Shown: piece after piece, positions 9,265 through 18,947 of the stretch
Position numbering within the stretch: the stretch's first letter is position 1
Layout: each line of letters opens with the position of its first letter
Source: an uncultured Gemmatimonadaceae bacterium
GTDB lineage: Bacteria > Gemmatimonadota > Gemmatimonadetes > Gemmatimonadales > Gemmatimonadaceae
Direction of reading: 5' to 3'
DNA length: 64,000 bases
Assembly: GCA_963740355.1 (NCBI GenBank)
Contig: CAVUDW010000002.1
Location: 448,001 to 512,000 of the forward strand
Translations under genes and position numbers: made by a program
The notes under the pieces: model-generated
What the model was told of the DNA's origin: nothing
Database searches by the model: none
Seen by the model: only the letters and a program-made list of their open reading frames with translations

Positions 9265-10905
9265 TCAGGCGCGCAGCAGGTCGAGCCGGAATTCCGCGTA
9301 CGCCCGCTTGTCCGACACGATGTCCAGCGCCCGCCGCGCCGCCGGTGTCAGCGGGGCGAGGGCGGGATCGTACTTGATGTCCGACAGCGCCTTCTGGTTG
9401 GGCAGCGGCACCTTCACCCCGGGATTGAAGATCCCGCGGGGATCGAAGCACCGCTTCACCAGTTGAAAGAGCACGGTCGCATCCGGGGCCCACATCCGGG
9501 AGATGAACGGCGTGCGCAGGCGGCCGTCCCCATGTTCGCCGCAGAGCGTCCCGCCAAGGACCGCCGTCAGCGTCACCACTTCATCGAGCGCGGCGTCGAT
9601 CCGCTCGCGCCAGTCCGGCTTCGTCATGTCGACCAGCGGATTCACATGCACATTCGCGTCGCCAGCGTGGCCGAAAATGACGCCGGTGAAGCCGTGGTGC
9701 TCCAGAATCGCCCGGATGCCTCGCACATATTCCGGAAGCGCCTGGGGTGGCACGGCGCCGTCCTCGATGAACTGCATCGAGGTGCCGACATGTGTCATCG
9801 TGGCCAGCAGCGGGCTGGCGGCGTGGCGAATGTGCCAGAGTGATTCGATCGCATCGGGCGCGCTCGCCCGGGTCAGCCCAATCGCGCCCAGCCCCTCGAA
9901 GGCGACGACGATCTGCGATGCGAGGCGATCCGCCTCGCCCTGTGTGGCGGCTTCCGCATCCAGCAGCAGGAGTGCCTCGATGTCTGAGGGCACGCTGCCT
10001 TCCGGTGTCCCGCTCCGCACCAGGTCGAGGAAGGTGCGGTCGAGTAGTTCACAGGTCGCCGCACCGAGCCCCGCCGCCTTGCCCGCGGCCTGGACCGCCG
10101 CCTCGAGCGTCGAGAAGCCCGCGCAGAGCGCCGTGCGACCGGCTGGAAGGTCGGCGAGTTGCAGCTCGATGCCGGTGATCAATGCCAGCGTTCCCTCGCT
10201 CCCGACGAAGAGGTCGACCAGGTCGCCCGACTTCGCGAATTCGACCAGCGCATAGCCGGACGACTCCTTCCGCACGCCGGCGTGCCGGATCTTCGCGATC
10301 GGCTCCGCCATCGCCGTGGTGAAGATCGTGCTCATCGCCTGCGTCGAGAAACGCCGGATGGCAGCGACCGTGCGGGCCTGTGTCGGCAGTTCGGCCCCGC
10401 GACGAATCGTCGCCCGCGACCCGTCATCGAACACACATTCGAGGGCCGTGACCCAGTGCCGCATCGCCCCGTACTTCAATGTGTGCGGGCCGGCGGCATT
10501 GGTTGCCACCATCCCTGCAATCGTGGCCCACGCGCCGCTGGATGGATCGACCGGGAACCAGAGTCCGTGTGTGTGGGCGGCAGCATTCACGGCATCACGC
10601 ACGGCGCCCGGGCCAACCCAGATGCGCTTCGTCGCCGGATCGACCGGGCCGATGCTCGACAGGCGACTGAGGTCGACGATCACCCCATCACCAATCGCGG
10701 CGCCGGCCATCGACGATCCCGCACCCCGCGGGATCAGCGGTGTCTGCGACGTCTGGGCCCAGCTGGCCAGCGCCATGACGTCTTCGACGTCAACCGGCAC
10801 CGCCACGGCACGGGGAAGAATCTGTGCGATACCTGCTGCTTCCGAATACACGCCGCGAGCATCGTCATCAACGCGGAAGGTGCCGCGGAATCCTGGTGGG
10901 TTCAT
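9265..10905 (-). CDS. FAD-binding oxidoreductase, GlcD/D-lactate dehydrogenase family
   Basis: PRGAGSS, PVDPSS, GMVATNAAG, GSEGTL, GHAGDANVH, GEHGDG, FDPRGIFNPG; start reassigned to MNPPGF. Confidence 0.88.
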   Translation of the reverse strand: MNPPGFRGTFRVDDDARGVYSEAAGIAQILPRAVAVPVDVEDVMALASWAQTSQTPLIPRGAGSSMAGAAIGDGVIVDLSRLSSIGPVDPATKRIWVGPGAVRDAVNAAAHTHGLWFPVDPSSGAWATIAGMVATNAAGPHTLKYGAMRHWVTALECVFDDGSRATIRRGAELPTQARTVAAIRRFSTQAMSTIFTTAMAEPIAKIRHAGVRKESSGYALVEFAKSGDLVDLFVGSEGTLALITGIELQLADLPAGRTALCAGFSTLEAAVQAAGKAAGLGAATCELLDRTFLDLVRSGTPEGSVPSDIEALLLLDAEAATQGEADRLASQIVVAFEGLGAIGLTRASAPDAIESLWHIRHAASPLLATMTHVGTSMQFIEDGAVPPQALPEYVRGIRAILEHHGFTGVIFGHAGDANVHVNPLVDMTKPDWRERIDAALDEVVTLTAVLGGTLCGEHGDGRLRTPFISRMWAPDATVLFQLVKRCFDPRGIFNPGVKVPLPNQKALSDIKYDPALAPLTPAARRALDIVSDKRAYAEFRLDLLRA

Positions 10906-10998
10906 CACGCCGATAGATGCACCAACCGAGACTGCTTGTGTAGAGGGGCGACCAGGTCCAGCGTGGCGTCCCGTGCGGATCGCAACCATATATTGACT

Positions 10999-12102
10999 GT
11001 GCCTTCAGACGAGAATCGAGGACCGGCAGTCGCCGATCATGCCTCTGCCGAGCTGCCCGACTTCACGCAACGTCCTCTGACGCGTGACGTCGAGCGGTGG
11101 TGTCGTGACATTTTACCGCGTGTCTCCCGCACCTTCGCCCTCAGCGTCAGAGTCCTGCCAGGTGAACTCGGTCGCGCCGTGCTCGCTGCGTACCTGCTCT
11201 GTCGCATCGCTGATACGATCGAGGATGCGCCAGCGCTCGATGCACAATTAAAGGCCGGCACACTTGACCGCTTTCTGCACTGTTTTGACGATCCAGCCTC
11301 CGCCACGGCACTTGCGGAAGATCTTGCCGCCTGGCCGGGTGACGCTGCGCACGTCGAGCTGAGCGGCGGCACGGATCGCGTCTTCGCACTTTTCCGGTCG
11401 CTGCCGGTTCCGACCCAGCGGCATGTGCACCGGTGGGTGTCGGAGATGGGTCGCGGCATGCGCAAGTTCGTGCTGCTCTACCCGAACGGCATCCGGATCC
11501 AGACGCTCGACGAGTACAAGGAGTATTGCTACTACGTCGCGGGAACGGTCGGCTACATGCTCACTGACCTCTGGCACGAGCATTCACATGCCGTCAGTGA
11601 GTCGGTGTACGCCAGGCTGCGCGAGAAGAGTCGCCAGTTCGGTGAGGCGCTGCAAACCGTCAACATCCTCAAGGACGTTGCCACCGACGCCGAGCACGAA
11701 AACTCGATCTACATCCCGGAGCACGCCTTGCGCGCGCACGGCAGTGGGCACGCGACCATCCTCTCAGCGGCGCATTCGCAGGCCAACCACGCAGCGCTGA
11801 CGGATCTCGTGAAGCTGGCCTGGGCGGACCTCGAAGATGCCGTGCGCTACCTGCTGATGGTGCCGCGCCGCGCCTGGAGCATTCGCACCTTCTGCGTCTG
11901 GCCGCTGCTCTTCGCCTTCGCGACCCTGCGCGACCTGACCCAGACCCGCGCCATGCTGCAACACGGCGGCGTGGTGAAGATCACGCGCCGCGAAGTGAAG
12001 TCGCTGTTGTTCCTCGCGCCGCTGCTCGTCGGCTCCAACGCCGCCGTCCGCTGGCTGGTCGAGCGGGTCAAGCTTCGCGCCTTCGTGCTCGCCGGGACTT
12101 AG
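10999..12102 (+). CDS. Squalene/phytoene synthase family protein (single-enzyme squalene-synthase-like)
   Basis: VSRTFAL, YLLCRIADTIED, YCYYVAGTVG, GEALQTVNILKD; start reassigned to GTG 10999. Confidence 0.85.
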   Translation: MPSDENRGPAVADHASAELPDFTQRPLTRDVERWCRDILPRVSRTFALSVRVLPGELGRAVLAAYLLCRIADTIEDAPALDAQLKAGTLDRFLHCFDDPASATALAEDLAAWPGDAAHVELSGGTDRVFALFRSLPVPTQRHVHRWVSEMGRGMRKFVLLYPNGIRIQTLDEYKEYCYYVAGTVGYMLTDLWHEHSHAVSESVYARLREKSRQFGEALQTVNILKDVATDAEHENSIYIPEHALRAHGSGHATILSAAHSQANHAALTDLVKLAWADLEDAVRYLLMVPRRAWSIRTFCVWPLLFAFATLRDLTQTRAMLQHGGVVKITRREVKSLLFLAPLLVGSNAAVRWLVERVKLRAFVLAGT

Positions 12103-12147
12103 CGCGACCGCGCGGCAGCCCGCTCGACAACGAATCAGCAGGGTGCT

Positions 12148-12209
12148 GCGGGATTGCGTGCACTGTCACCGGTTTACGGGATTGTGTGCACTGTCACCGG
12201 TTTGCGGGA
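12148..12209. repeat. 28-bp tandem direct repeat (2 copies plus a partial)
   Basis: GCGGGATTGCGTGCACTGTCACCGGTTT / ACGGGATTGTGTGCACTGTCACCGGTTT / GCGGGA between convergent genes. Confidence 0.85.
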
Positions 12210-12217
12210 GCGACTGG

Positions 12218-13138
12218 TCAGCGTGGCCCGCGCTTGGCGGCGGTCGCATCCTGCACGGCGCGCGCGACATCACGAACGCCTTGTGCCACCGCGTTGATGG
12301 TGTCGGTGAGCAGTGGCTGTGAACCGCCCGGGAGCGCCGCGCGCGGAAGCGGGCCGTGTTCCAGTCGATCGAGCAGCTGCTCCAGTGCCAGCTGCGCCCG
12401 TTCCGCTTGCTTGCGATGGCTCTTGATCATCGCCCATCCGCCAAAACCCATGGCCAGCACCGGCACTGCGGCCAGGGCGAGAAAAAGCGGTAGCATGGTC
12501 AAGGGCGCGAGCACCGAGCCGAGGACGACCGGCACGGTCCCAAGGCCAAGCCCAACGCTGCCCATCGCGATGCCGCCGCTCCGTCGCGAGGCGCGGAGCT
12601 GCGTGATGTCGGCGTCGAGACGCACGGCCGTGCGACCATCGCCGATCGGACTGACGGTCGCCGCAACCTCTGTCGCGCGCGCCAGCGTGGCGGCCGCCTG
12701 ATTCCCGCGCAGGCTCCGATCCAGTTCGGCAAACATGCCGCCGCGTTGCTCCCAGGTGCGACGATTGCCGAACCGACGCTTGGCCAGCATGCGATAGTCG
12801 GTCCGCATCCACTCCTCGAGCGCAAACAGCACGGCGTCAGGCGCATGTGGCACCGCGCGGGTCGCACTCACGGCCGCCGGTCCCATCACGCGAGCTTCCA
12901 ACCCGGTCTCTTCCGCCAACACGACGCGCGTCCGCTCCTCCGCCAGCGCCTGCTGGAGCGTTGCCGGCGACAGCCCGACTTCCTTGCCGATCTCGAACAG
13001 TTGCGCCTCGGTCATCCCGTCCGGCGCCTCGGTCGACTGCGACGCCAACTCCGAGGCGCGCGCGAGCACCCGCTCCATCGCCCCGCGATCGAGCGACGCA
13101 GGAGGCGTCAGTGAGTCCTTCGAAACGTCGTCAGCCAC
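12218..13138 (-). CDS. Hypothetical membrane protein (helical N-terminus, two C-terminal TM segments)
   Basis: 306-aa ORF; MERVLARASEL..EIGKEVGLS N-terminus; hydrophobic stretch GLGLGTVPVVLG..LALAAVPVLAMG. Confidence 0.7.
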   Translation of the reverse strand: MADDVSKDSLTPPASLDRGAMERVLARASELASQSTEAPDGMTEAQLFEIGKEVGLSPATLQQALAEERTRVVLAEETGLEARVMGPAAVSATRAVPHAPDAVLFALEEWMRTDYRMLAKRRFGNRRTWEQRGGMFAELDRSLRGNQAAATLARATEVAATVSPIGDGRTAVRLDADITQLRASRRSGGIAMGSVGLGLGTVPVVLGSVLAPLTMLPLFLALAAVPVLAMGFGGWAMIKSHRKQAERAQLALEQLLDRLEHGPLPRAALPGGSQPLLTDTINAVAQGVRDVARAVQDATAAKRGPR

Positions 13139-13141
13139 CGT

Positions 13142-14227
13142 TCACAATCCACCGAGATAGAGATCCAGCTGTGTCTTCATGCTTTCGAGAATCTCTGCGC
13201 TGATGGGCATTGCCACTTCCAGCGCAGCCACCGCCGTCCCAGGCGCCGGCACCGGCTTGCCCATCACCCGCAGGTAGAACCGAGCGTACCCTTCTGCCTC
13301 GGCCGGCAGCGTGCGTTGCAGCAGCAACAATCCTGCGCGCAATGCTGCTGCCGTCTGCAGCCGGTCGCCCGCCCCCGCCGACTTCTGCTTCGGCGTGATG
13401 TTTTCGGTGACCACCGCCGCGGCAAAGGTCCCGACCGCCTCATGCACGATTCCGTAGAGTACCTCATCCGTACGGTCGAGCGAGGGGGGAAGTGTCACCA
13501 CCATCGACGCACCAGCCGTCGGGTCCGTCGTGATGGTGCGTCCCTCGCCCTCGACCACCGCCGACACGATGATTTCCGCGTTGCGCTGCTGCGTGCCGCG
13601 CAAAAAGCCCGCCATCTTCGGAAACCAGAGCGTGCGCCAGAGTGAGTCGGCGCGCGCCAGGACAGGCGCACGTGCTCGCTGCGTCTCCAGCCAGTTGGCG
13701 TGGAAGAAGCGCTGGCTCTCACTCTCCAGCCCAACACTGAACTGCTCGGCGAATTCCCGTTCCGGCACGGTCGGGAAGTAATTCGCGGCCAGTGCGACCA
13801 ACTGCGCCTGGTCGCGGTCACGAACGGCCTTCACATCGCCCTTCGCCTGTGTCAACAGCTGCAGCGACACACGCAGCGTCCCGAAGTTGGTGAAGTGGAG
13901 CGCGTAGAACTGTGCGTTCAGCAGTCGACTCGTCGTCGCCAGGGTGCGCTGCAGTGCCACGCGCGCGGTGTCGAGCCGCGTCGCGACCTGCGCCACGTTT
14001 CGCACGACGATCATCGAGTCCCGATATCCTTTGCGGAACAGCGGCACCTGGCTGGTATCGTCCGACAGCAGGGCGAAGCCGTGCAGCCAGAGATCGACAT
14101 GTTCTCGCGTCTTGATCGGCCACGGGCCACCGGGCCGCGTTGGCTGCGCAGCGCGACGATCCTGTGCCTGCACGGTTGGTGCAAGCAACAGCGCCGCCGC
14201 CAGCATGAGGAGTGTCACACGTGCCAT
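13142..14227 (-). CDS. Hypothetical exported protein
   Basis: Signal peptide MARVTLLMLAAALLLAPTVQA; tightly packed between thiolase and the 12218 gene. Confidence 0.7.
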   Translation of the reverse strand: MARVTLLMLAAALLLAPTVQAQDRRAAQPTRPGGPWPIKTREHVDLWLHGFALLSDDTSQVPLFRKGYRDSMIVVRNVAQVATRLDTARVALQRTLATTSRLLNAQFYALHFTNFGTLRVSLQLLTQAKGDVKAVRDRDQAQLVALAANYFPTVPEREFAEQFSVGLESESQRFFHANWLETQRARAPVLARADSLWRTLWFPKMAGFLRGTQQRNAEIIVSAVVEGEGRTITTDPTAGASMVVTLPPSLDRTDEVLYGIVHEAVGTFAAAVVTENITPKQKSAGAGDRLQTAAALRAGLLLLQRTLPAEAEGYARFYLRVMGKPVPAPGTAVAALEVAMPISAEILESMKTQLDLYLGGL

Positions 14228-14232
14228 GCGGA

Positions 14233-15441
14233 TCACGCCATCGACTCCAGGATCACCGCAATGCCCTGACCACCGCCGATGCATGCCGAACCGAGGGCGT
14301 ACTTCTTGCCCAGCATGCGCAATGCGTGCGAGAGGTGTGCGGCAATGCGCGCTCCGCTGGCACCGAGCGGGTGTCCGATGGCAATGGCACCGCCGTGCAG
14401 GTTGAACTTCGCCATCGGGATGCCCAACTCCTTCTGCACTGCCAGCGCCTGCGTCGCAAATGCCTCATTGACTTCGATCAGGTCCATCTGGTCGAGCGTC
14501 ATGCTCGCACGCGCCAGTGCCGTGCGCGCTGCGGTCACCGGTCCGATGCCCATGATGCGCGGTTCCACGCCACTCACTCCCCAGCTCACCAGCCGTGCCA
14601 ATGGCGCCAGTCCACGGGCTTTCGCCCACTCGGCGCGCGCAATCACCAGCGCGCCAGCGCCGTCGTTGAGCCCCGACGCATTGCCCGCCGTGACCACGCC
14701 ATCCGGCTTGAACACGGGACGCAGCTTGGCCAGGGACTCGATGGTGCTCTCGGGACGCGCATGTTCGTCGCGAGCGAAATCGACCAGTTGCTTCGTCTTC
14801 TTGTCGAGGACGGGCACGTTCACGATTTCATCGCGAATCAATCCGTTCGCCCAGGCATCACGCGTGTTCTGCTGCGATCGCAGGGCAAACTCATCGGCAG
14901 CCTGCCGGCCAAGGTGATACGCACTCTCGAGGTTTTCCGCCGTCACACCCATGGGCGTCTGGCAATACGAGTCGGTGAGCCCTTCGAACAGCAGGTCTTC
15001 CAGCTTTGGCGACCCGCCATACGGCACGCCCCATCGAAGCCCGCGCGCTGCATGCGGCACGGTGGACATGCTTTCCCCGCCGCCGACCAGGCAAACGTCG
15101 GCATCGCCCGTCATGATCTCATGTGCACCGTTGACGATGGCCTGGAAGCCGGAGCCGCAGAGCCGGTTCACCGTCAGGCCGGGCACCTCGATCGGACACC
15201 CTGCCTTGAGCCCCACATGCCGAGCGAAGTACACGGTGTCGGTGGTGCTCTGAATCACATTGCCAAAAATCGAATGGCCAATCTCCTGTGGCTCGACGCC
15301 AGCCCGCTCCATCGCGGCTTTCGCCGCAACGACGGTCAGGTCGACGGCCGACAGGTCGCGCAGCGTGCCCCCAAATGTCCCAAACGGGGTACGAACGGCG
15401 GAGAGAATCACGATGTCGGTGGCAGTGCCTTGCGTGCCCAT
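14233..15441 (-). CDS. Acetyl-CoA C-acyltransferase (thiolase)
   Basis: NRLCGSG (catalytic Cys), GNASGLNDGA, NEAFA, GHPLGASG, CIGGGQG. Confidence 0.95.
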   Translation of the reverse strand: MGTQGTATDIVILSAVRTPFGTFGGTLRDLSAVDLTVVAAKAAMERAGVEPQEIGHSIFGNVIQSTTDTVYFARHVGLKAGCPIEVPGLTVNRLCGSGFQAIVNGAHEIMTGDADVCLVGGGESMSTVPHAARGLRWGVPYGGSPKLEDLLFEGLTDSYCQTPMGVTAENLESAYHLGRQAADEFALRSQQNTRDAWANGLIRDEIVNVPVLDKKTKQLVDFARDEHARPESTIESLAKLRPVFKPDGVVTAGNASGLNDGAGALVIARAEWAKARGLAPLARLVSWGVSGVEPRIMGIGPVTAARTALARASMTLDQMDLIEVNEAFATQALAVQKELGIPMAKFNLHGGAIAIGHPLGASGARIAAHLSHALRMLGKKYALGSACIGGGQGIAVILESMA

Positions 15442-15638
15442 GGGAGCGGTCGAGTGATTGGACAGACTGGATGTCGCGGTGAGGTTCGGCCTCGCCCGAG
15501 GCGCACGATCGGCAAGCTGACCATGCGTGCGCGCAGGGACAATCGAGGTCGCGCTGCAATGCCGGATAGTACCCGTGCGATTCGCCTCGGTGCCTGCAGT
15601 CCGCTCGCGTGGTCCACTCGCGCCAGCGAGGCGTACCG

Positions 15639-17096
15639 ATGACCGAGTCACCGCTCGCGCTCGACGACCGCTTCCTCGCCAGCGTGGCCAGTGTGCCGGC
15701 TTCGGTCTGGACGCACTGGTTCGGCGACCGCTCCCTCGACGTATCGCGACCGGAAGAGCCGCAGCGAACACTGGTTGCCGCGTTCTCGCTGCCCGGCGCT
15801 GGCGGTCAGGCCGCGCTCTGCGTGTTCGAAACGACGTCCGGGCCGGGCAGCGGAACGCTGCAGCAGGCGGCCCTCCGTCGATGGTCGGGCACGGCCCCCG
15901 ATGGCTCCCAGACGATCCACGTCGAACGCGACGCCGCTGGCGCGGTCAGCTGGACGCTTTCCTCGGCCTGGTCCGACCCTGACCTCCGCAGTTGGCTCCG
16001 CGAGGCGCTCGCGGCCGGCGCCTCGTTACGCTCCGACGGCTGGGAGTGGCTGGCGACACCCGAACGACCGGCGGTCAACCGCACGACGGATGGCAGCGCT
16101 CGCCAGATCGCCGGGCGTCGTCACGACGTGGTGCTCTTCCCGCCGGGCGCGGTCGGAATCGTCTATCGCCGGCTGACCAAGGGGGCTCAGCCGGAGCTGG
16201 ACCTGCTTCGGCACCTCGAACGTGTACCAGGCGTGCGCGTGGCACCGACGATACTTGGTAGCGCCATCATTCGATCACCAAACGGGCAGCGAAGCGCAAG
16301 CGCGCTGCTTGAAGACATCGTTCCCGAGGCGGCGACCGTTCGATCCGTGCTGGTCAACCGGCTCAGGCGCGCGCTCGACGGCGATCCCTCGCTGCAGGCC
16401 GTCGCCCTCGACGACGTGCGCGCGGTCGGCATCGTGTCCCGTGAACTGCACGCCGCGCTAGGCCGTCCCTTCGAACAGGGCGTGCTGGCCGGCGCACTGC
16501 CCGCCACCGCGCACGATGTCGAGACCTGGGTCGCGCGCGCCTGGGCCGCCCTCTCGAATGCCACCAGCGCGCTCCGCGCCTCCGGACGCAGCGAACCGGC
16601 CCTCATGCGCGCGCTCGAGCTGCTGCCTGGCAAACTCCAGCAGTTCTCAGCCGTCGCCGAAGCGTCGCCGGGACTGACTCACCGTATCCACGGCAACCTG
16701 CGTCTCGACACCATTCTCATGTCGCCGCCGCGCCGGCTGAGCGTCGTCGAGTTCGACGGAGACTCCTTCCTCGCCGACGACGAACGTGTCTCGCCGCAAT
16801 CGCCGTGGCGCGATGCGGCACACCTGCTCATTTCCATTGCGGAGGCCGCTGCTGAAGCCGCCGGCCTCGTGGGCGGCGACGAGAAGGCGTTCGAGATCGC
16901 CTGGCTCTGGGAGCGTGAGGCGCGCAAGGCGTACCTCGAGGGCTACGGCACGGGAGGCGGCGCGCTCCACGCGCTGCTGGCGATTTTCGAACTCGAGTTC
17001 GCCTCACAGCATCTTCGCGAAGCCGTCTCCCGGGATGATGGCAGTGTCGCGGTCGGGGCGCACACCCTGGAGCGGCTTTCGCGCACCATCGTGTGA
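15639..17096 (+). CDS. Maltokinase-like (APH-fold) protein with degenerate catalytic motifs
   Basis: ELHAAL, HRIHGNLRL, VVEFDGD, SPWRDAA, LLAIFELE align by eye to maltokinase RIHGDLHL, IDFEGE, SPLRDVA. Confidence 0.65.
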   Translation: MTESPLALDDRFLASVASVPASVWTHWFGDRSLDVSRPEEPQRTLVAAFSLPGAGGQAALCVFETTSGPGSGTLQQAALRRWSGTAPDGSQTIHVERDAAGAVSWTLSSAWSDPDLRSWLREALAAGASLRSDGWEWLATPERPAVNRTTDGSARQIAGRRHDVVLFPPGAVGIVYRRLTKGAQPELDLLRHLERVPGVRVAPTILGSAIIRSPNGQRSASALLEDIVPEAATVRSVLVNRLRRALDGDPSLQAVALDDVRAVGIVSRELHAALGRPFEQGVLAGALPATAHDVETWVARAWAALSNATSALRASGRSEPALMRALELLPGKLQQFSAVAEASPGLTHRIHGNLRLDTILMSPPRRLSVVEFDGDSFLADDERVSPQSPWRDAAHLLISIAEAAAEAAGLVGGDEKAFEIAWLWEREARKAYLEGYGTGGGALHALLAIFELEFASQHLREAVSRDDGSVAVGAHTLERLSRTIV

Positions 17097-17127
17097 CCCT
17101 TGCCGGGCTCCTGTGTATGATGACAGC

Positions 17128-18123
17128 GTGACACAACTGCCACGCCACATCCTCGTCACAGGTGCATCGGGCTTTCTTGGCGGCCACACAGTGCGTGCGC
17201 TCCAGCAGTGCGGTGTTGTCGTCCGTGCGCAGGGGCGCGATCCCTCACGCCTGTCGTTCGATGCCGGTGTCACCATCTGCCGCGGTGACCTGACGGACAT
17301 CGCCTTTCTGGCCGACGCCGCCCGTGGATGCGACGCCATCGTCCATGCGGCAGCCCTGTCTGCGCCGTGGGGCCCACGGCAGGATTTTGTCGACGCGAAC
17401 GTGGCCGGTACCGCGAACGTCATCGCTGCCGCCCGAGCCACTGGTGTCCGTCGCCTGGTCCACATCTCGTCGCCAGCGGTGGTCTTCGACGGTCGCGACC
17501 AGTTCGAGCTTGACGACACCGCCCCAGTGCCACACCGCCACACGAGCGAATACGCGCGCACCAAACAGCTCGCCGAGTCGCTGGTGAGCGCGGCGTCGGC
17601 GTCGCTGGAAACGGTGACGCTGCGGCCAAAAGCGATCTATGGCGCCGGTGACCGCGCGCTGGTGCCGCGCCTGATGCGTGCCGCACGCGCCGGCCGACTG
17701 CCGCAGATCGGCGATGGCAGGAACGAGGTCGATGTCACGCATGTCGAGGACGTGGTGCGGGCGATCGTCTGTTCGCTTCGCACGGCGCGCGGCCTCGGCG
17801 AGGCCTTCCTGATCACCGGCGGCGAACATGTACCGCTCTGGGGAATGATTCGGGAGCTCCTCGCCGGAGTCGGTCTGCCGGCTCCCGGGCGGTCCATTCC
17901 GCTTCCACTGGCGCTGATCGCCGCGACGGCGATGGAAGCGGTTGCCGCCGTCACTGGTCGCGAGCCGACGCTGACGCGGTATTCAGCGCTCATTCTCGCA
18001 CGCACCCAGACCTACGACATCTCGCGGGCTCGACGGCTCCTCGACTACGAGCCGCAGGTGCCGGCAGCCGTCGGTGTGGCGCGAACGATTGATGCGTTGC
18101 GCGCCGAGGCCGGCCGCGCATGA
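17128..18123 (+). CDS. NAD-dependent epimerase/3-beta-HSD-like extended SDR (OleD-like)
   Basis: LVTGASGFLG, HISSP, YARTK, LRPKAIYG; stop overlaps next start (ATGA). Confidence 0.88.
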   Translation: MTQLPRHILVTGASGFLGGHTVRALQQCGVVVRAQGRDPSRLSFDAGVTICRGDLTDIAFLADAARGCDAIVHAAALSAPWGPRQDFVDANVAGTANVIAAARATGVRRLVHISSPAVVFDGRDQFELDDTAPVPHRHTSEYARTKQLAESLVSAASASLETVTLRPKAIYGAGDRALVPRLMRAARAGRLPQIGDGRNEVDVTHVEDVVRAIVCSLRTARGLGEAFLITGGEHVPLWGMIRELLAGVGLPAPGRSIPLPLALIAATAMEAVAAVTGREPTLTRYSALILARTQTYDISRARRLLDYEPQVPAAVGVARTIDALRAEAGRA

Positions 18124-18947
18124 GTCGAAGTCCCACAGTGAGGCTCGCGGGCTTCGACACCGGATTTTGCACGGCGAGGTCGTCGATGATCGCGACCGGC
18201 ACAGGCTGGCGTGAAGTGCGATGCCACGCGCCGGCGTTCCTGCTGGTGCACCCGTCGCACGGCGCCGTGCTCTTCGACACCGGGTACGCGCCGCGCCTGC
18301 TCGAGGTGTTCGCGCACTGGCCGGAGCGACTCTACAAGTACGCCACGCCCACCACGCTCGGTGTGCCTCTCGTGGACCAGCTGGCCGAACATGGCGTGCC
18401 AGCCGATGCCGTGACGCGCGTGATCGTCTCCCACCTGCACGCTGACCACGTCGCGGGCCTGCGTGATTTTTCGCGTGCGACGTTCGTGCTGTCTCGCGAG
18501 GCACTTTCGCTCCAGGAACGAGCGCATGGAATCGACGCCGTGCGGCGCGGGATCCTGCAGCGACTCTTTCCAGTGGATTTTGCCCAGCGGACGCAGGTCG
18601 TCGAGCGGTATGACGACCCTCCGATTCCAGGACTCGGCGCCACTCATGACCTCTTTGGTGATGGCAGCGTCCGCCTCGTTCCGTTGCCTGGTCATGCGCG
18701 TGGACAGTTGGGTGCGCTGCTGCAGACTGATCGAGGGGAGGTGTTGTTGTGCGCTGACGGTGCGTGGACGTCACGAGCGTACCGCGAGGAACGCGCGCCG
18801 CACTGGGTGACTGGCGCCATGCAGGATGACATGCCGGCGCTGCGGGCGACGCTTCAGCGACTCCGCCAGTTTGCAATCGCTCGACCGGCGGTGACCCTGC
18901 TGCCAACGCACTGCCCTGAAACCTTGCAGTGGCTGGCCGTGAGATGA
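18120..18947 (+). CDS. Metallo-beta-lactamase-fold hydrolase (lactonase-like)
   Basis: LFDTG, SHLHADH, PGHARG, ADGAW, PTHC. Confidence 0.88.
   Translation: MSRSPTVRLAGFDTGFCTARSSMIATGTGWREVRCHAPAFLLVHPSHGAVLFDTGYAPRLLEVFAHWPERLYKYATPTTLGVPLVDQLAEHGVPADAVTRVIVSHLHADHVAGLRDFSRATFVLSREALSLQERAHGIDAVRRGILQRLFPVDFAQRTQVVERYDDPPIPGLGATHDLFGDGSVRLVPLPGHARGQLGALLQTDRGEVLLCADGAWTSRAYREERAPHWVTGAMQDDMPALRATLQRLRQFAIARPAVTLLPTHCPETLQWLAVR

Noticed and set aside
10159..10998. Long N-terminal extension of the squalene-synthase ORF (also extensions on the thiolase, S8 peptidase, epimerase and SDR ORFs)
   Set aside because: Extensions overlap neighbouring genes or promoter regions and have no family motifs; downstream starts fit better
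13142..14227. HEAVG as a zinc-protease motif
   Set aside because: No second His (not HExxH); insufficient support
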